Source: Candidatus Oxydemutator sp. | GTDB taxonomy: Bacteria > Pseudomonadota > Gammaproteobacteria > Poriferisulfidales > Oxydemutatoraceae | Direction: 5' to 3' | Length of the DNA: 64,000 nt | Assembly: GCA_965203445.1 (NCBI GenBank) | Contig: OZ241883.1 | Coordinates: forward strand, 1,088,001-1,152,000 | Shown here: in pieces, positions 30,624-39,303 of the stretch | Layout of the letters: the number at the start of each line of letters is the position of its first letter | How positions within the stretch are numbered: the stretch's first letter is position 1 | Position numbers and translations under genes: made by a program | Notes under the pieces: generated by a model | The model's input: only the letters and a program-made list of their open reading frames with translations | Database searches by the model: none | What the model was told of the DNA's origin: nothing

Positions 30624-31189
30624 AGTTTTGCAGCCGCTGCGGATGCTCCAGGCTGACTGTAAAAATTCCCCCCGGCGACACGACGCCGCGCACCACGTGC
30701 GACGGCTGCGATGCGGTGTTCTATGAAAACCCGAAGATCGTCGCCGGCTGTATCCTCGAATGGCGCGGCAAAGTGCTGCTGTGCAAGCGCGCGATAGAGC
30801 CGCGCGCCGGATTGTGGACGGTGCCGGCGGGTTTCATGGAAAACGGCGAGTCGGTGGTCGAGGCCGCGGCCCGCGAGGCCTGGGAAGAGGCCGGCGCGAA
30901 GAGCGGCGATCTGGCGCTGCACACGATGTACAACCTGAAGCACGTGAACCAGGTGTACATGCTGTACCGCGGCGAATTGAGCGACGGGCGTTACGCGCCG
31001 GGGCACGAGACCGCGGCGGCCGATTTGTGCGCCGAGGAGGAGATTCCGTGGTCCGAGATCGCGTTCCCGGTCGTGGGCGAGGCGCTCGCGCTGTACTTCG
31101 ATGATCGCCGGCGCCGGCATTTTCGGCTGCACCAGGGCGACATCCTGCGCGACGACGCCCGCCGTCTGCGGATTATTCGTTACCCCTGA
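30620..31189 (+). CDS. NUDIX hydrolase with N-terminal zinc ribbon
   Basis: GTG start; MKFCSRCG...CDGC, YENPKIVAG, Nudix box GFMENGESVVEAAAREAWEE. Confidence 0.92.
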   Translation: MKFCSRCGCSRLTVKIPPGDTTPRTTCDGCDAVFYENPKIVAGCILEWRGKVLLCKRAIEPRAGLWTVPAGFMENGESVVEAAAREAWEEAGAKSGDLALHTMYNLKHVNQVYMLYRGELSDGRYAPGHETAAADLCAEEEIPWSEIAFPVVGEALALYFDDRRRRHFRLHQGDILRDDARRLRIIRYP

Positions 31190-31505
31190 CGTCGCCGCCG
31201 CCGCGGCACGGCGGCGACGCCGGAATTTCGCCGTGGCGCTGTTTCCATTCCGCCGGTGTCAGCGTATGCAGGGCCAGCGCGTGGACGCCGCCGGCCAGTT
31301 CCTCGGCCAGCAGTTCGTTCAGCGCGCGGTGTCGCTCGAGCAGTCTGCGATTCTCGAACGAGCGCGAGACGACGACGACCTTGAAATGCGACTCCGAACC
31401 CGGCGCCACGTTGTGGCGGTGGCTTTCGTTGGTCACCTCGAGGTAGGCCGGGTCGAGGCGGCGCGTTATTTTTTCCTCTATCGTGGTCTGTACGCGGCGG
31501 TTCAT
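31173..31505 (-). CDS. bolA: BolA family protein
   Basis: NESHRHNV, ESHFKVVVVS, GVHALALH, SPPCRGG. Confidence 0.93.
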   Translation of the reverse strand: MNRRVQTTIEEKITRRLDPAYLEVTNESHRHNVAPGSESHFKVVVVSRSFENRRLLERHRALNELLAEELAGGVHALALHTLTPAEWKQRHGEIPASPPCRGGGDVRGNE

Positions 31506-31558
31506 CGAAGGTCTCCGTGTTTTCTCATTTCGTTGTTTCCCTCATCAGGGCGGAGACA

Positions 31559-32416
31559 TTATAGCGGCGACGTGCGCTCGGGCGCGGCGACGTTGTAGAA
31601 GCGGCGCGCGTTGGCCGCGGTCATCTCGCCCAAGGCCGCCGGCGTCGTGTCGCGGCGGGCCGCGATCTCGCGCGCGACGTGCGCCAGAAAGGCGGGTTCG
31701 TTGCGGCGTCCGCGCGGGCGCGGTCGCAGGTCGCGCGGCAGCAGGTACGGCGCGTCGGTCTCTATCATCAGGCGTTCGTCGGGGATGGCGGCGACGGCCT
31801 CGCGCAGCGTCCGGGCGCGGCGCTCGTCGCAGATCCAACCGGTTACGCCTATGTGCAGGTTGAGCGCCAGATAATCCGACAACGTCGCGCGGTCGCCGGT
31901 GAAGCAGTGCACGACGGCGTTGCCGACGCGCTCGCGCAACGGCGCCAGCAGCGAGACAAAATCGTCGTGCGCGTCGCGCTGGTGCATGAACAGCGGCAGC
32001 CCGGTTTCCGCCGCCAGCAGGATGTGGCGCCGGAACGCCTCGCGCTGGCGCGCGCGCGGCGCGAAGTCGCGGCAATAGTCGAGTCCGGTCTCGCCGATGG
32101 CGACGACCTTGGGGGCGCCCGCCAGGCGCTTCAATGCGTCGTAACTTTGTCCGTCCCACTCGCCGGCGTGGTGCGGATGCACGCCGACCGCGGCGTGGAG
32201 AACCTGCGAATAGCGTTTGGCCAGCGCCAGCGCCCGTGCGCTGTCGGCGACGCTTGCGCCGGGCACGATCATCGTCTGTACGCCGCCGGCCGCGGCCCGC
32301 GCCAGCACCTCGCGCTCGTCGGCGCGAAACGACGGATGCGTGAAGTTGAAGCAGATGTCTATCAACGGGGTCGTCGGGGGTGCCGTCGGGGTGCCGTCGG
32401 GGGTCGTCGGGGGCAC
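31559..32416 (-). CDS. tatD: TatD family DNase
   Basis: GVHPHHA, AIGETGLDY, HQRDAH, VHCFTG, ETDAPYL, RNEP; start (GTG 32416) approximate. Confidence 0.9.
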   Translation of the reverse strand: MPPTTPDGTPTAPPTTPLIDICFNFTHPSFRADEREVLARAAAGGVQTMIVPGASVADSARALALAKRYSQVLHAAVGVHPHHAGEWDGQSYDALKRLAGAPKVVAIGETGLDYCRDFAPRARQREAFRRHILLAAETGLPLFMHQRDAHDDFVSLLAPLRERVGNAVVHCFTGDRATLSDYLALNLHIGVTGWICDERRARTLREAVAAIPDERLMIETDAPYLLPRDLRPRPRGRRNEPAFLAHVAREIAARRDTTPAALGEMTAANARRFYNVAAPERTSPL

Positions 32417-32418
32417 CG

Positions 32419-33363
32419 TCAGGTGGTTAGCTTCGCCATCTCGAAGCGCAGCTGCCTCAGGTTGTTGCAGTGGATCGCGTTGATCTCGCCGACGATGGCC
32501 GGGTAGTGGCCGCCCGCCGGCGTATGCACGATCAGCGGCGCGTCGGGCAGCAGGCGCCGCAGGATCCTGAGCTGGTTCGGCACGTCGTCGTCGTCCGCCA
32601 ACGCGCTCGCGCCGATGACCACGGCCTGCGCACGCGCGGCACACGCGGTGTCGGCGACGTCGCCGGGCACCGCGCGTTCTCCGATATAGACCGGGTTCCA
32701 GCCGTTGGCGTTGGCGACCGCGGCGATTTTCAGCGCGCTCAGTTCCGGGTCGCGCTCGACGGCGCCGACGACGGCGCGGTTGCGCGGATGATCGTTCGCC
32801 GCCGCGAGCATCAGCAGGCGCGCCGCGACCGCGCCGGTGAACAGGCGCTTGTGGCCGTTGGACAGCGCGCCGCGGCGGCACTCGTCGCGCACGTGCGCCA
32901 GCAGCGGCGTGATCAGGTCCTCGATAAGAAACATCGTGCCGAGCGCCCGTTCGGCCCGCGCCAGCGTCGCGATGCAGCCGCAGGCGTTGAGATCGTCGAC
33001 CGCCTGGATGCAGGAGTCGAAGTATTCCATCACGGCCGCGGTGCTCCGGCGTTGGCGCTCGCCGGGAGCGCTGGCGGCGACCGCCTGGTCTTTGGCGAGC
33101 AACTCGGCCAGACGCTCATTCGGCAGGTCCGCGACGTCGCCGATTCTTCTGCCGGCCGCGGTCACCTTTGCGAGCAACGAAAGCCGTTCGACGTCGGCGT
33201 CGGTATAGGTGCGCCTGGCGCCCGCGGTGCGCCCGGGCGCGACGACTTTGTAGCGGCGCTCCCAGGCGCGGATGACGCTGGTGCTCAAGCCGCTGTAGCG
33301 GGCCGCGATGCCGATGGAATGCGCGCCGCCGCTGGCTCCGTCTGGCGCAGAATGTTTTCTCAT
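32419..33363 (-). CDS. MerR-family regulator with CarH-like architecture (HTH, helical bundle, Rossmann domain)
   Basis: IRAWERRY..V.PGRT.G.RR.Y HTH; C-terminal GWNPVYIG...P B12-binding-like fold. Confidence 0.85.
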   Translation of the reverse strand: MRKHSAPDGASGGAHSIGIAARYSGLSTSVIRAWERRYKVVAPGRTAGARRTYTDADVERLSLLAKVTAAGRRIGDVADLPNERLAELLAKDQAVAASAPGERQRRSTAAVMEYFDSCIQAVDDLNACGCIATLARAERALGTMFLIEDLITPLLAHVRDECRRGALSNGHKRLFTGAVAARLLMLAAANDHPRNRAVVGAVERDPELSALKIAAVANANGWNPVYIGERAVPGDVADTACAARAQAVVIGASALADDDDVPNQLRILRRLLPDAPLIVHTPAGGHYPAIVGEINAIHCNNLRQLRFEMAKLTT

Positions 33364-33399
33364 TTGTATAAGTTCCGTCTATAATAGTAGCATAATATA

Positions 33400-33478
33400 T
33401 CCAGATTTTGCATCTGGAAGTTGAACAATATGTCTCTTTATCCTATACAAATGATAAAAAAACTTTTTCTGTATAGGA
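33400..33478. promoter_or_regulatory. Operator-like inverted repeats in the AT-rich divergent merR/dinB promoter region
   Basis: TCCAGAT-N5-ATCTGGA (33400-33418) and TCCTATACA...TGTATAGGA (33441-33478). Confidence 0.5.
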
Positions 33479-33558
33479 TTTGTCCCAATAATCATAGTGT
33501 GGTACTTCCCGTAACGAAGCCCGACAAAATAAAAACAGTTGGTGGTACAGTGGGGTGC

Positions 33559-34752
33559 ATGGAGCGGCCCGTCGGTATTCCTTTGAAAAGCCGCCGGAGG
33601 ACCTCCGGTGGCCTTTTGTTGCCGCCGGCGGCGCGCGCCGCCGACCGGCGCATCATCCATTTCGACATGGACGCATTCTTCGCGGCCGTGGAGCAGCGCG
33701 ATTTCCCGCGCTACGCCGGCAAGCCGCTCATCGTCGGCGGTCTGCCGGACAAGCGCGGCGTGGTCGCCACGTGCAGTTACGAGGCGCGCCGCTACGGCAT
33801 CCATTCGGCGATGTCGTCGGCGCGCGCGGCGCGGCTGTGCCCGTCGGCGGTTTTCGTAAAACCCCGTTTCGAGGTCTATCGCCGGGTGTCGGCGCGGATA
33901 CGCTCGATTTTCGAGGAGTTCACCGACCTCGTCGAGATGCCCTCGCTCGACGAGGGTTACCTGGACGTCAGCGAAAGCGCCGCCGACGTCGAGGCCGCCT
34001 GTGCCGTCGCGCGCGAGATCAAGCACCGCATCGCGCGCGCGACGCGGCTGACGGCCTCCGCCGGCGTCGCCTGCAACAAGTTCATCGCCAAGATCGCCTC
34101 CGACTTGGACAAGCCGGACGGTTGTTACGCGGTGCCCGCCGGGCACGCCGAACGCTTCGTCGGGAATCTGCCGGTGGGAAAATTCCACGGCGTCGGCAAA
34201 GTCACGCGCGCGCGCATGGAGAGGCTGGGAATCAAGACCGGCGCCGACCTGAGGCGCCACCCCCTCGACGAACTGGTCGGCATCTTCGGCAGCGCCGGGT
34301 ATTACTATTACGACGCGGCGCGCGGCATGGACGCGCGCCCGGTGATCACCGACCGCCCGCGCAAATCGGTCGGCGCCGAGACCACTTTCGAGAACGACCT
34401 GCGCGACGCGGACGAGATCGGCGTCGAGGTGCGTCGGCGCGCGCTCGAGGTCGCGCGTATCTTGAGGTCGCGCGAGTTGAGCGGCTACACGGTTACGCTG
34501 AAGGTCAAATACGCCGACTTCGTGCAGATTACCCGCAGCCGCACGCTCGATCATCCGCTGACCGGCCTGAAGGAGATGCTGCGCCTGCTGTCCGGGCTGT
34601 TGCGCAAGACCGAGGCCGGCCCGCGCCCGGTGCGGCTGCTCGGCGTGACGGTCTCCAATCTGTGCGCGCCCGGCACGCCTCGGCAGGCGGCGTTCGCCTT
34701 GTCCGAACCGGCGCGCGAACGCGGACGCGGCGCGGACGCCGAAGTTGCATGA
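33559..34752 (+). CDS. dinB: DNA polymerase IV
   Basis: IIHFDMDAFFAAVE, SYEARRYGI, SLDEGYLD, KIASDLDKPDG, RKSVGAETTF. Confidence 0.95.
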   Translation: MERPVGIPLKSRRRTSGGLLLPPAARAADRRIIHFDMDAFFAAVEQRDFPRYAGKPLIVGGLPDKRGVVATCSYEARRYGIHSAMSSARAARLCPSAVFVKPRFEVYRRVSARIRSIFEEFTDLVEMPSLDEGYLDVSESAADVEAACAVAREIKHRIARATRLTASAGVACNKFIAKIASDLDKPDGCYAVPAGHAERFVGNLPVGKFHGVGKVTRARMERLGIKTGADLRRHPLDELVGIFGSAGYYYYDAARGMDARPVITDRPRKSVGAETTFENDLRDADEIGVEVRRRALEVARILRSRELSGYTVTLKVKYADFVQITRSRTLDHPLTGLKEMLRLLSGLLRKTEAGPRPVRLLGVTVSNLCAPGTPRQAAFALSEPARERGRGADAEVA

Positions 34753-35018
34753 ACCGGACTGCGCCGTTCGCGTTGTTCTCGTCGCTGGCGCTTACACGCG
34801 CCGTTTGCGGTCGCGGCCGCGCACGCCGCCCCTCGTCCCCGGTTCCGAAGCCGCATCTGATAAGCGCTGTGCGCGTGGCTTGCCCTGGGCGATCACGAAA
34901 GACGGCGAACGGCCGGAGGCGCTGGAGGAGTTGACGGCGGCTTATCGTGCGTTTCCGATGGACGCCCAGGTCGCGTTGCGGTGGCGCTGGTGCGGTTGAC
35001 ACGCTCACGGGCGCGCCA

Positions 35019-36164
35019 TCACGGCGCCTTCAGGTTCAGCACCTCGTTGTCCTGATCGATGGAAAACTCGAAGTTGCCGAGGAAATCCATGCCGAGCAGG
35101 CCGTCGGCGTCGAAGGTCTCCGGCATTTCGGCGATGCCTATCGGCATGTCCTCGAACGTGACGTCGCCCACGCGGAAGCTGCGCGCGTTGACTATCGTCA
35201 CCTCCACCTGGCTGCCGACGGCGTTGAAGCGCGTCTTCTCTCCGCCCTCGGTGGACAGGCCGACGGCGTCGGCGAAGCGTCGGCGCACGATGGAAATCGA
35301 GGCGCCGGTGTCCAGTACCAAGTCGGCACGGCGGTCGTTGACGTTTGCCTCTATCAGAAAGCCGTTGCCCGCGCGCGTCAATTCGATCGGCGCGCCCTCG
35401 CCGAGTTGCCTCAGTTGCTCGACCAGCCGCGAGAGCTTGCGCGCCTTGCCGCCCCACTCGGGGTCGTGCAGGATGCGGTTCAAGCTGCCCAGCCCCTCGT
35501 AGTAGCGCCCGGCGCGGTACTGCGCGCCGGCGAGTTCGTAATAGTATTCGGGGCGGTCGCCGTCTTTTTCGATGAGCAAGTGGTACATTTCGCCCAATTT
35601 GTGCCATTGTTTTTTCTGCGTCAGCTGGGCGCGCCAGGCTTTGGTGATCTGGCCGATGACCTGATCCGCGCTCTCGGTGACCGTGTTCTCGCGGTCGTAG
35701 ATCTTGCCGTCCAGCGCGTTTTCCAACGCCTGCTCATACCGTTCGCGCTGCGCGTCGAGGCGCGCGCGCAGCAGCAGCGCGCCCGGGTCGTAACTTTCGA
35801 TTTCGAGATAGCCGCTCAGTAAAGGCGCCGCCTGGTCCGGCTTTTTTTGCGCCATCAGCCGCCGCGCCCGGTTGAGCAGCGCCGTGCGCATCGCCGCCGC
35901 CCGCACCGGGTCGCTGCTTCTCGTCTCGCGGTACATCAACAACGCCTGCGGCACTTCGCCGCGCGCCAGATGCGCCTGAAAGGACGCGCCTTCGTCCGCT
36001 GTATCACCGTCGGCGATTGTTTGGCCGGGCGCGTCCGCCGGCGCTGGTTTTTCGGCCAGGACCGGCGCCGCGGGCGGTTCTTTTTCACTGTTTTGCCAGG
36101 CATGTAGCGACCAGCCGATGATGAGGCCCACCAGCAGCCAGAACGTGATATTCAGCAGAGGCAT
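35019..36164 (-). CDS. Membrane-anchored TPR-like protein with C-terminal retropepsin-like aspartic protease
   Basis: N-terminal TM, helical repeats, LVLDTGAS, GLLGMDFL. Confidence 0.85.
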   Translation of the reverse strand: MPLLNITFWLLVGLIIGWSLHAWQNSEKEPPAAPVLAEKPAPADAPGQTIADGDTADEGASFQAHLARGEVPQALLMYRETRSSDPVRAAAMRTALLNRARRLMAQKKPDQAAPLLSGYLEIESYDPGALLLRARLDAQRERYEQALENALDGKIYDRENTVTESADQVIGQITKAWRAQLTQKKQWHKLGEMYHLLIEKDGDRPEYYYELAGAQYRAGRYYEGLGSLNRILHDPEWGGKARKLSRLVEQLRQLGEGAPIELTRAGNGFLIEANVNDRRADLVLDTGASISIVRRRFADAVGLSTEGGEKTRFNAVGSQVEVTIVNARSFRVGDVTFEDMPIGIAEMPETFDADGLLGMDFLGNFEFSIDQDNEVLNLKAP

Positions 36165-36219
36165 TGTGGTATTATATCGCGCTACATACCACACTACTGG
36201 AAATAGGATTGCAGCAACA

Positions 36220-38433
36220 ATGGCATCCAGGAAAAAATCAAGAAGAAGCCGTAAAAAGGGCGCGGCAAGGCCCGCCGGCGCACCGCAAAGCGCCGGCGCA
36301 TCGGCGATCGTCGCCGACCAGTCGAAGGGCCGCGCGGCACCGGCGACGGACGTTCGCCCCGCGCGTACGCGCGGCGCGTCTATAAAAAACAGCGGTGCCG
36401 CGCCCGTGCTCTCGCGCGCTTTTCTGGCGGAAGCGGACTCCCGCTACAGCTGGGCGTTCGGTATCTTCTTCGGGCTGACCGCGATAGTCTCGCCGTACGG
36501 TCAGACCGCGAACGGTTTCAACCCCGATCTGCACATGGCCGGTTACTTGCAGGTGGGCAGTCTGGCGTTCCTGCTGGCGTATCTGTTTCATTATCTGCGG
36601 CGCGGCCACGATGAACTATTCATGCCGCGCTCGCCCATGGTGTGGATCGTGTTCGCGCTCTATCTGTGGATGGTGGTCTCGATGTTGTGGGCGCACAACT
36701 TTTACGAGGGGTTCGTCAAACTGCTCGACTGGGGCGCCGCGGTCTGCATTTTTGTGCTGATGCTGCTGCTGATCCGCACCAGCCGCACGTTCTACCCCGT
36801 TTTGCTCGGTTTCTACGCGGGCGGTCTCGCCGTGTCCCTGCTCGGCGTCGGCCAGTACCTGTTCGCGCTCGACTGGGTGCAGCAGCACCAGGCGCCGGCG
36901 GCCACGTTCGGCAACAAAAACATGGCGGGAGAATATCTGGTGTTGGTGGCGCCGCTCGGTATTTGTCTGCTGCTGAACTCCCGCCACAGGCTTGCCGCGT
37001 GGTTTTATGCCATGAGCGGTTCCTTGATCATCGCCTACCTGTTTTACGGGCGCACCCGCGGCTCATGGCTGTCTTTTGCAGCCGAGGTGGTGCTGCTGGC
37101 CGGGTTCTTTCTGTTCGTATGGTTCAAGCATGGTTACAGGCCGTATTGGGATCGCAACAAAACCTATGCTTTTGCAGCCTCGCTTCTGTTTCTCGCGGTG
37201 CTTGTCAACATGCATCCGCACATGTTCAGCGACGGCACCCTCGGCATAGACTCGAGGATCAATCCGTCCGCCGGAGGGACGAAGGCGGACTCTTTCACCG
37301 GTGCGATAGAGTCCGCCTTCGGGACTTTTTGGGAGAGCGCCGATCAACGCTTCGTCATGTGGCTTAATTCGCTTGCGATGTACAAGGATCACTGGTTGCT
37401 GGGAACCGGAATCGGCAACTGGATGGTGTATTACCCGCTGTATCAAGCCGCGGTCGAAATTGACTGGATGCTGACGGGCAACCTGTACCACATCAACGCG
37501 CACAACGACTATGTCGAGTTTCTGTGCGAGTTGGGCCTGGTCGGCGGCGTGCTGATGCTGATGCTGGTCGGAATCATACTGCATACGATGTGGCGCATTA
37601 TCGTGAGACCCGGGATCTCCGATGAAAACCGCGTGTTCGGCGCCGCCGCCTCGGTCAGTATCCTGGGAATCAGCGCCAACGCCGTCTTCAGTTTCCCGTT
37701 GCAGCAGCCGGTGACGATCGCGATGTTCCTGTTCTACCTGGCGATGATACTCTCGGTTGTGAATACCTTGAACGAGGAAGAGCGGGACGTGTACACAATC
37801 AGGCTGCCGTCCCAGCCTTTCAAGATTTTTCTGGTGGCGCTGGTGGGTCTGGGAATGTCCTTCCTGGCGTTCATGCACTACCACTGGTACGTGTCGGAAA
37901 GCCACTACCGCGTCGCCTCGGCCTCGATGAGTCTGGGGCGCTACAAGGTGATGAATCAGTACGCCAAGGTCGCGTTCGAGAACAACCCGATGCGCACCTA
38001 CCTGAACATCTTCCCGGGCTCTTACTACGCCAAGCAGTCGAAATACGACAAGGCCATAGATTATTTCGAGGAGGTGCGCGACGACTATCCGTACCGCATA
38101 GAGATCATGCAGAACCTGGGCGCCTCCTACCTGTATTCCGGAAACAACGACAAGGCTGAGGAAGTGTTCGGACTGTGGCGCAGACTCCAGCCGCACTCCA
38201 TGGATATGCTCAAGTCGTACGGGCTGATGATGTTGCAGTTCGGCAAAAGGGACCAGGCGCGCTATTACCTGACGCGGTCGAAGGAGCTGTTCGAGGAAGC
38301 ACTGGCGCAGGCGATTGCGCACGGGCGCAAGAAGAACGAGCGCCGCCGGCGCATACAGCTGGACGCGGTCAACAAGGCGCTCGCGCACCTGGGGCCGGTC
38401 GCGGCCAAGGCCGCGCCCATGCCGTCCCCATAG
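36220..38433 (+). CDS. O-antigen ligase / PglL-like O-oligosaccharyltransferase family protein with C-terminal TPRs
   Basis: Multiple TM helices; ATFGNKN, RTRGSWL, GTGIGNW, NAHNDYVEFLCELG, FSFPL. Confidence 0.85.
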   Translation: MASRKKSRRSRKKGAARPAGAPQSAGASAIVADQSKGRAAPATDVRPARTRGASIKNSGAAPVLSRAFLAEADSRYSWAFGIFFGLTAIVSPYGQTANGFNPDLHMAGYLQVGSLAFLLAYLFHYLRRGHDELFMPRSPMVWIVFALYLWMVVSMLWAHNFYEGFVKLLDWGAAVCIFVLMLLLIRTSRTFYPVLLGFYAGGLAVSLLGVGQYLFALDWVQQHQAPAATFGNKNMAGEYLVLVAPLGICLLLNSRHRLAAWFYAMSGSLIIAYLFYGRTRGSWLSFAAEVVLLAGFFLFVWFKHGYRPYWDRNKTYAFAASLLFLAVLVNMHPHMFSDGTLGIDSRINPSAGGTKADSFTGAIESAFGTFWESADQRFVMWLNSLAMYKDHWLLGTGIGNWMVYYPLYQAAVEIDWMLTGNLYHINAHNDYVEFLCELGLVGGVLMLMLVGIILHTMWRIIVRPGISDENRVFGAAASVSILGISANAVFSFPLQQPVTIAMFLFYLAMILSVVNTLNEEERDVYTIRLPSQPFKIFLVALVGLGMSFLAFMHYHWYVSESHYRVASASMSLGRYKVMNQYAKVAFENNPMRTYLNIFPGSYYAKQSKYDKAIDYFEEVRDDYPYRIEIMQNLGASYLYSGNNDKAEEVFGLWRRLQPHSMDMLKSYGLMMLQFGKRDQARYYLTRSKELFEEALAQAIAHGRKKNERRRRIQLDAVNKALAHLGPVAAKAAPMPSP

Positions 38434-38441
38434 GCGGAGCG

Positions 38442-39293
38442 ATGGCCGGTTTTACCCTGGCAGGATTGTCTTCGGGCGCGTCGGCCTTTCCCGCCGAGGG
38501 TCTCAACCGCATACTCGGCGCCGTCGCCGTGCTGCTGTTGGTGCCGCTGTGTTTTTACTCGCTTTCCGGCGTGTTCTGGAAACTCTACTACCCCGACCGC
38601 GTGGCCACCGGTTTTGACGTGGCGGCGCCGCAGGCCGGTGCGACCGCGGCCGCCAGACCGCCGGCTTCGTGGGACTGGTTCACCGTCCATGAGGCGCCCA
38701 AGCCGAAGGCGGTGCCGGCGAAGATCAACGCGCGGCTGCTCGGCGTGTTCGGCGTCGGCGACCGCGGCATTGCGATGATCTCGCTCAACAAGGGCAAGCC
38801 GCAGAACTTCCGCGTCGGCGACGAGATCAAGGACGGCGTGGTGCTCGGCAAGCTGGCGCAGGATCACGTCATCCTGTTGCGCGGCGAGCGCGAGGAAGTG
38901 CTGGCGATGAAGAAGTTCAACCTGTTCAACGCGAAGAAGGACGACGGGGCGTTGATCGGCGCCGACGAGCGCGGCATCTCGCGCGATCTCGTGCACAAGA
39001 TGCTCCGCGAGCAGCCGTTGCGCCTGGCGCAGATGGTGCGCTTCGAGCCGGTGCGAAACCGCCGCTACGGGCGCGGCGTCAAAATTACCCCGCGCCGCAG
39101 CGAAAACGAAACCATGTTCTACAATATGGGCTTGATTCCCGGCGACGTGTTGCTCAAGGCCAACGGCCAGAGCATGGAGCAGATAGAACAAAAGCCCGGC
39201 TCGTGGAGGCCGCTGCTTACGGGTAAGAGCGTGCGCCTGGAATTGTTGCGAAATGGAGTATTGCAAAACGTCACGGTCAACCTCGGCAGGTAA
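38442..39293 (+). CDS. gspC: T2SS protein C
   Basis: TM helix, HR domain (ARLLGV...FRVGDEI...HVILLRG), PDZ-like GLIPGDVLLKANG; precedes secretin. Confidence 0.85.
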   Translation: MAGFTLAGLSSGASAFPAEGLNRILGAVAVLLLVPLCFYSLSGVFWKLYYPDRVATGFDVAAPQAGATAAARPPASWDWFTVHEAPKPKAVPAKINARLLGVFGVGDRGIAMISLNKGKPQNFRVGDEIKDGVVLGKLAQDHVILLRGEREEVLAMKKFNLFNAKKDDGALIGADERGISRDLVHKMLREQPLRLAQMVRFEPVRNRRYGRGVKITPRRSENETMFYNMGLIPGDVLLKANGQSMEQIEQKPGSWRPLLTGKSVRLELLRNGVLQNVTVNLGR

Positions 39294-39303
39294 GGCGCCC
39301 GCG

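Noticed and set aside
32367-32416. GGGGTCGTCGG/GGTGCCGTCGG short repeats at the tatD 5' end
   Set aside because: Short low-complexity Pro/Thr extension with no further structure.
34745-34999. 84-aa ORF after dinB
   Set aside because: No recognisable motif or RBS; may be spacer or a decayed fragment.
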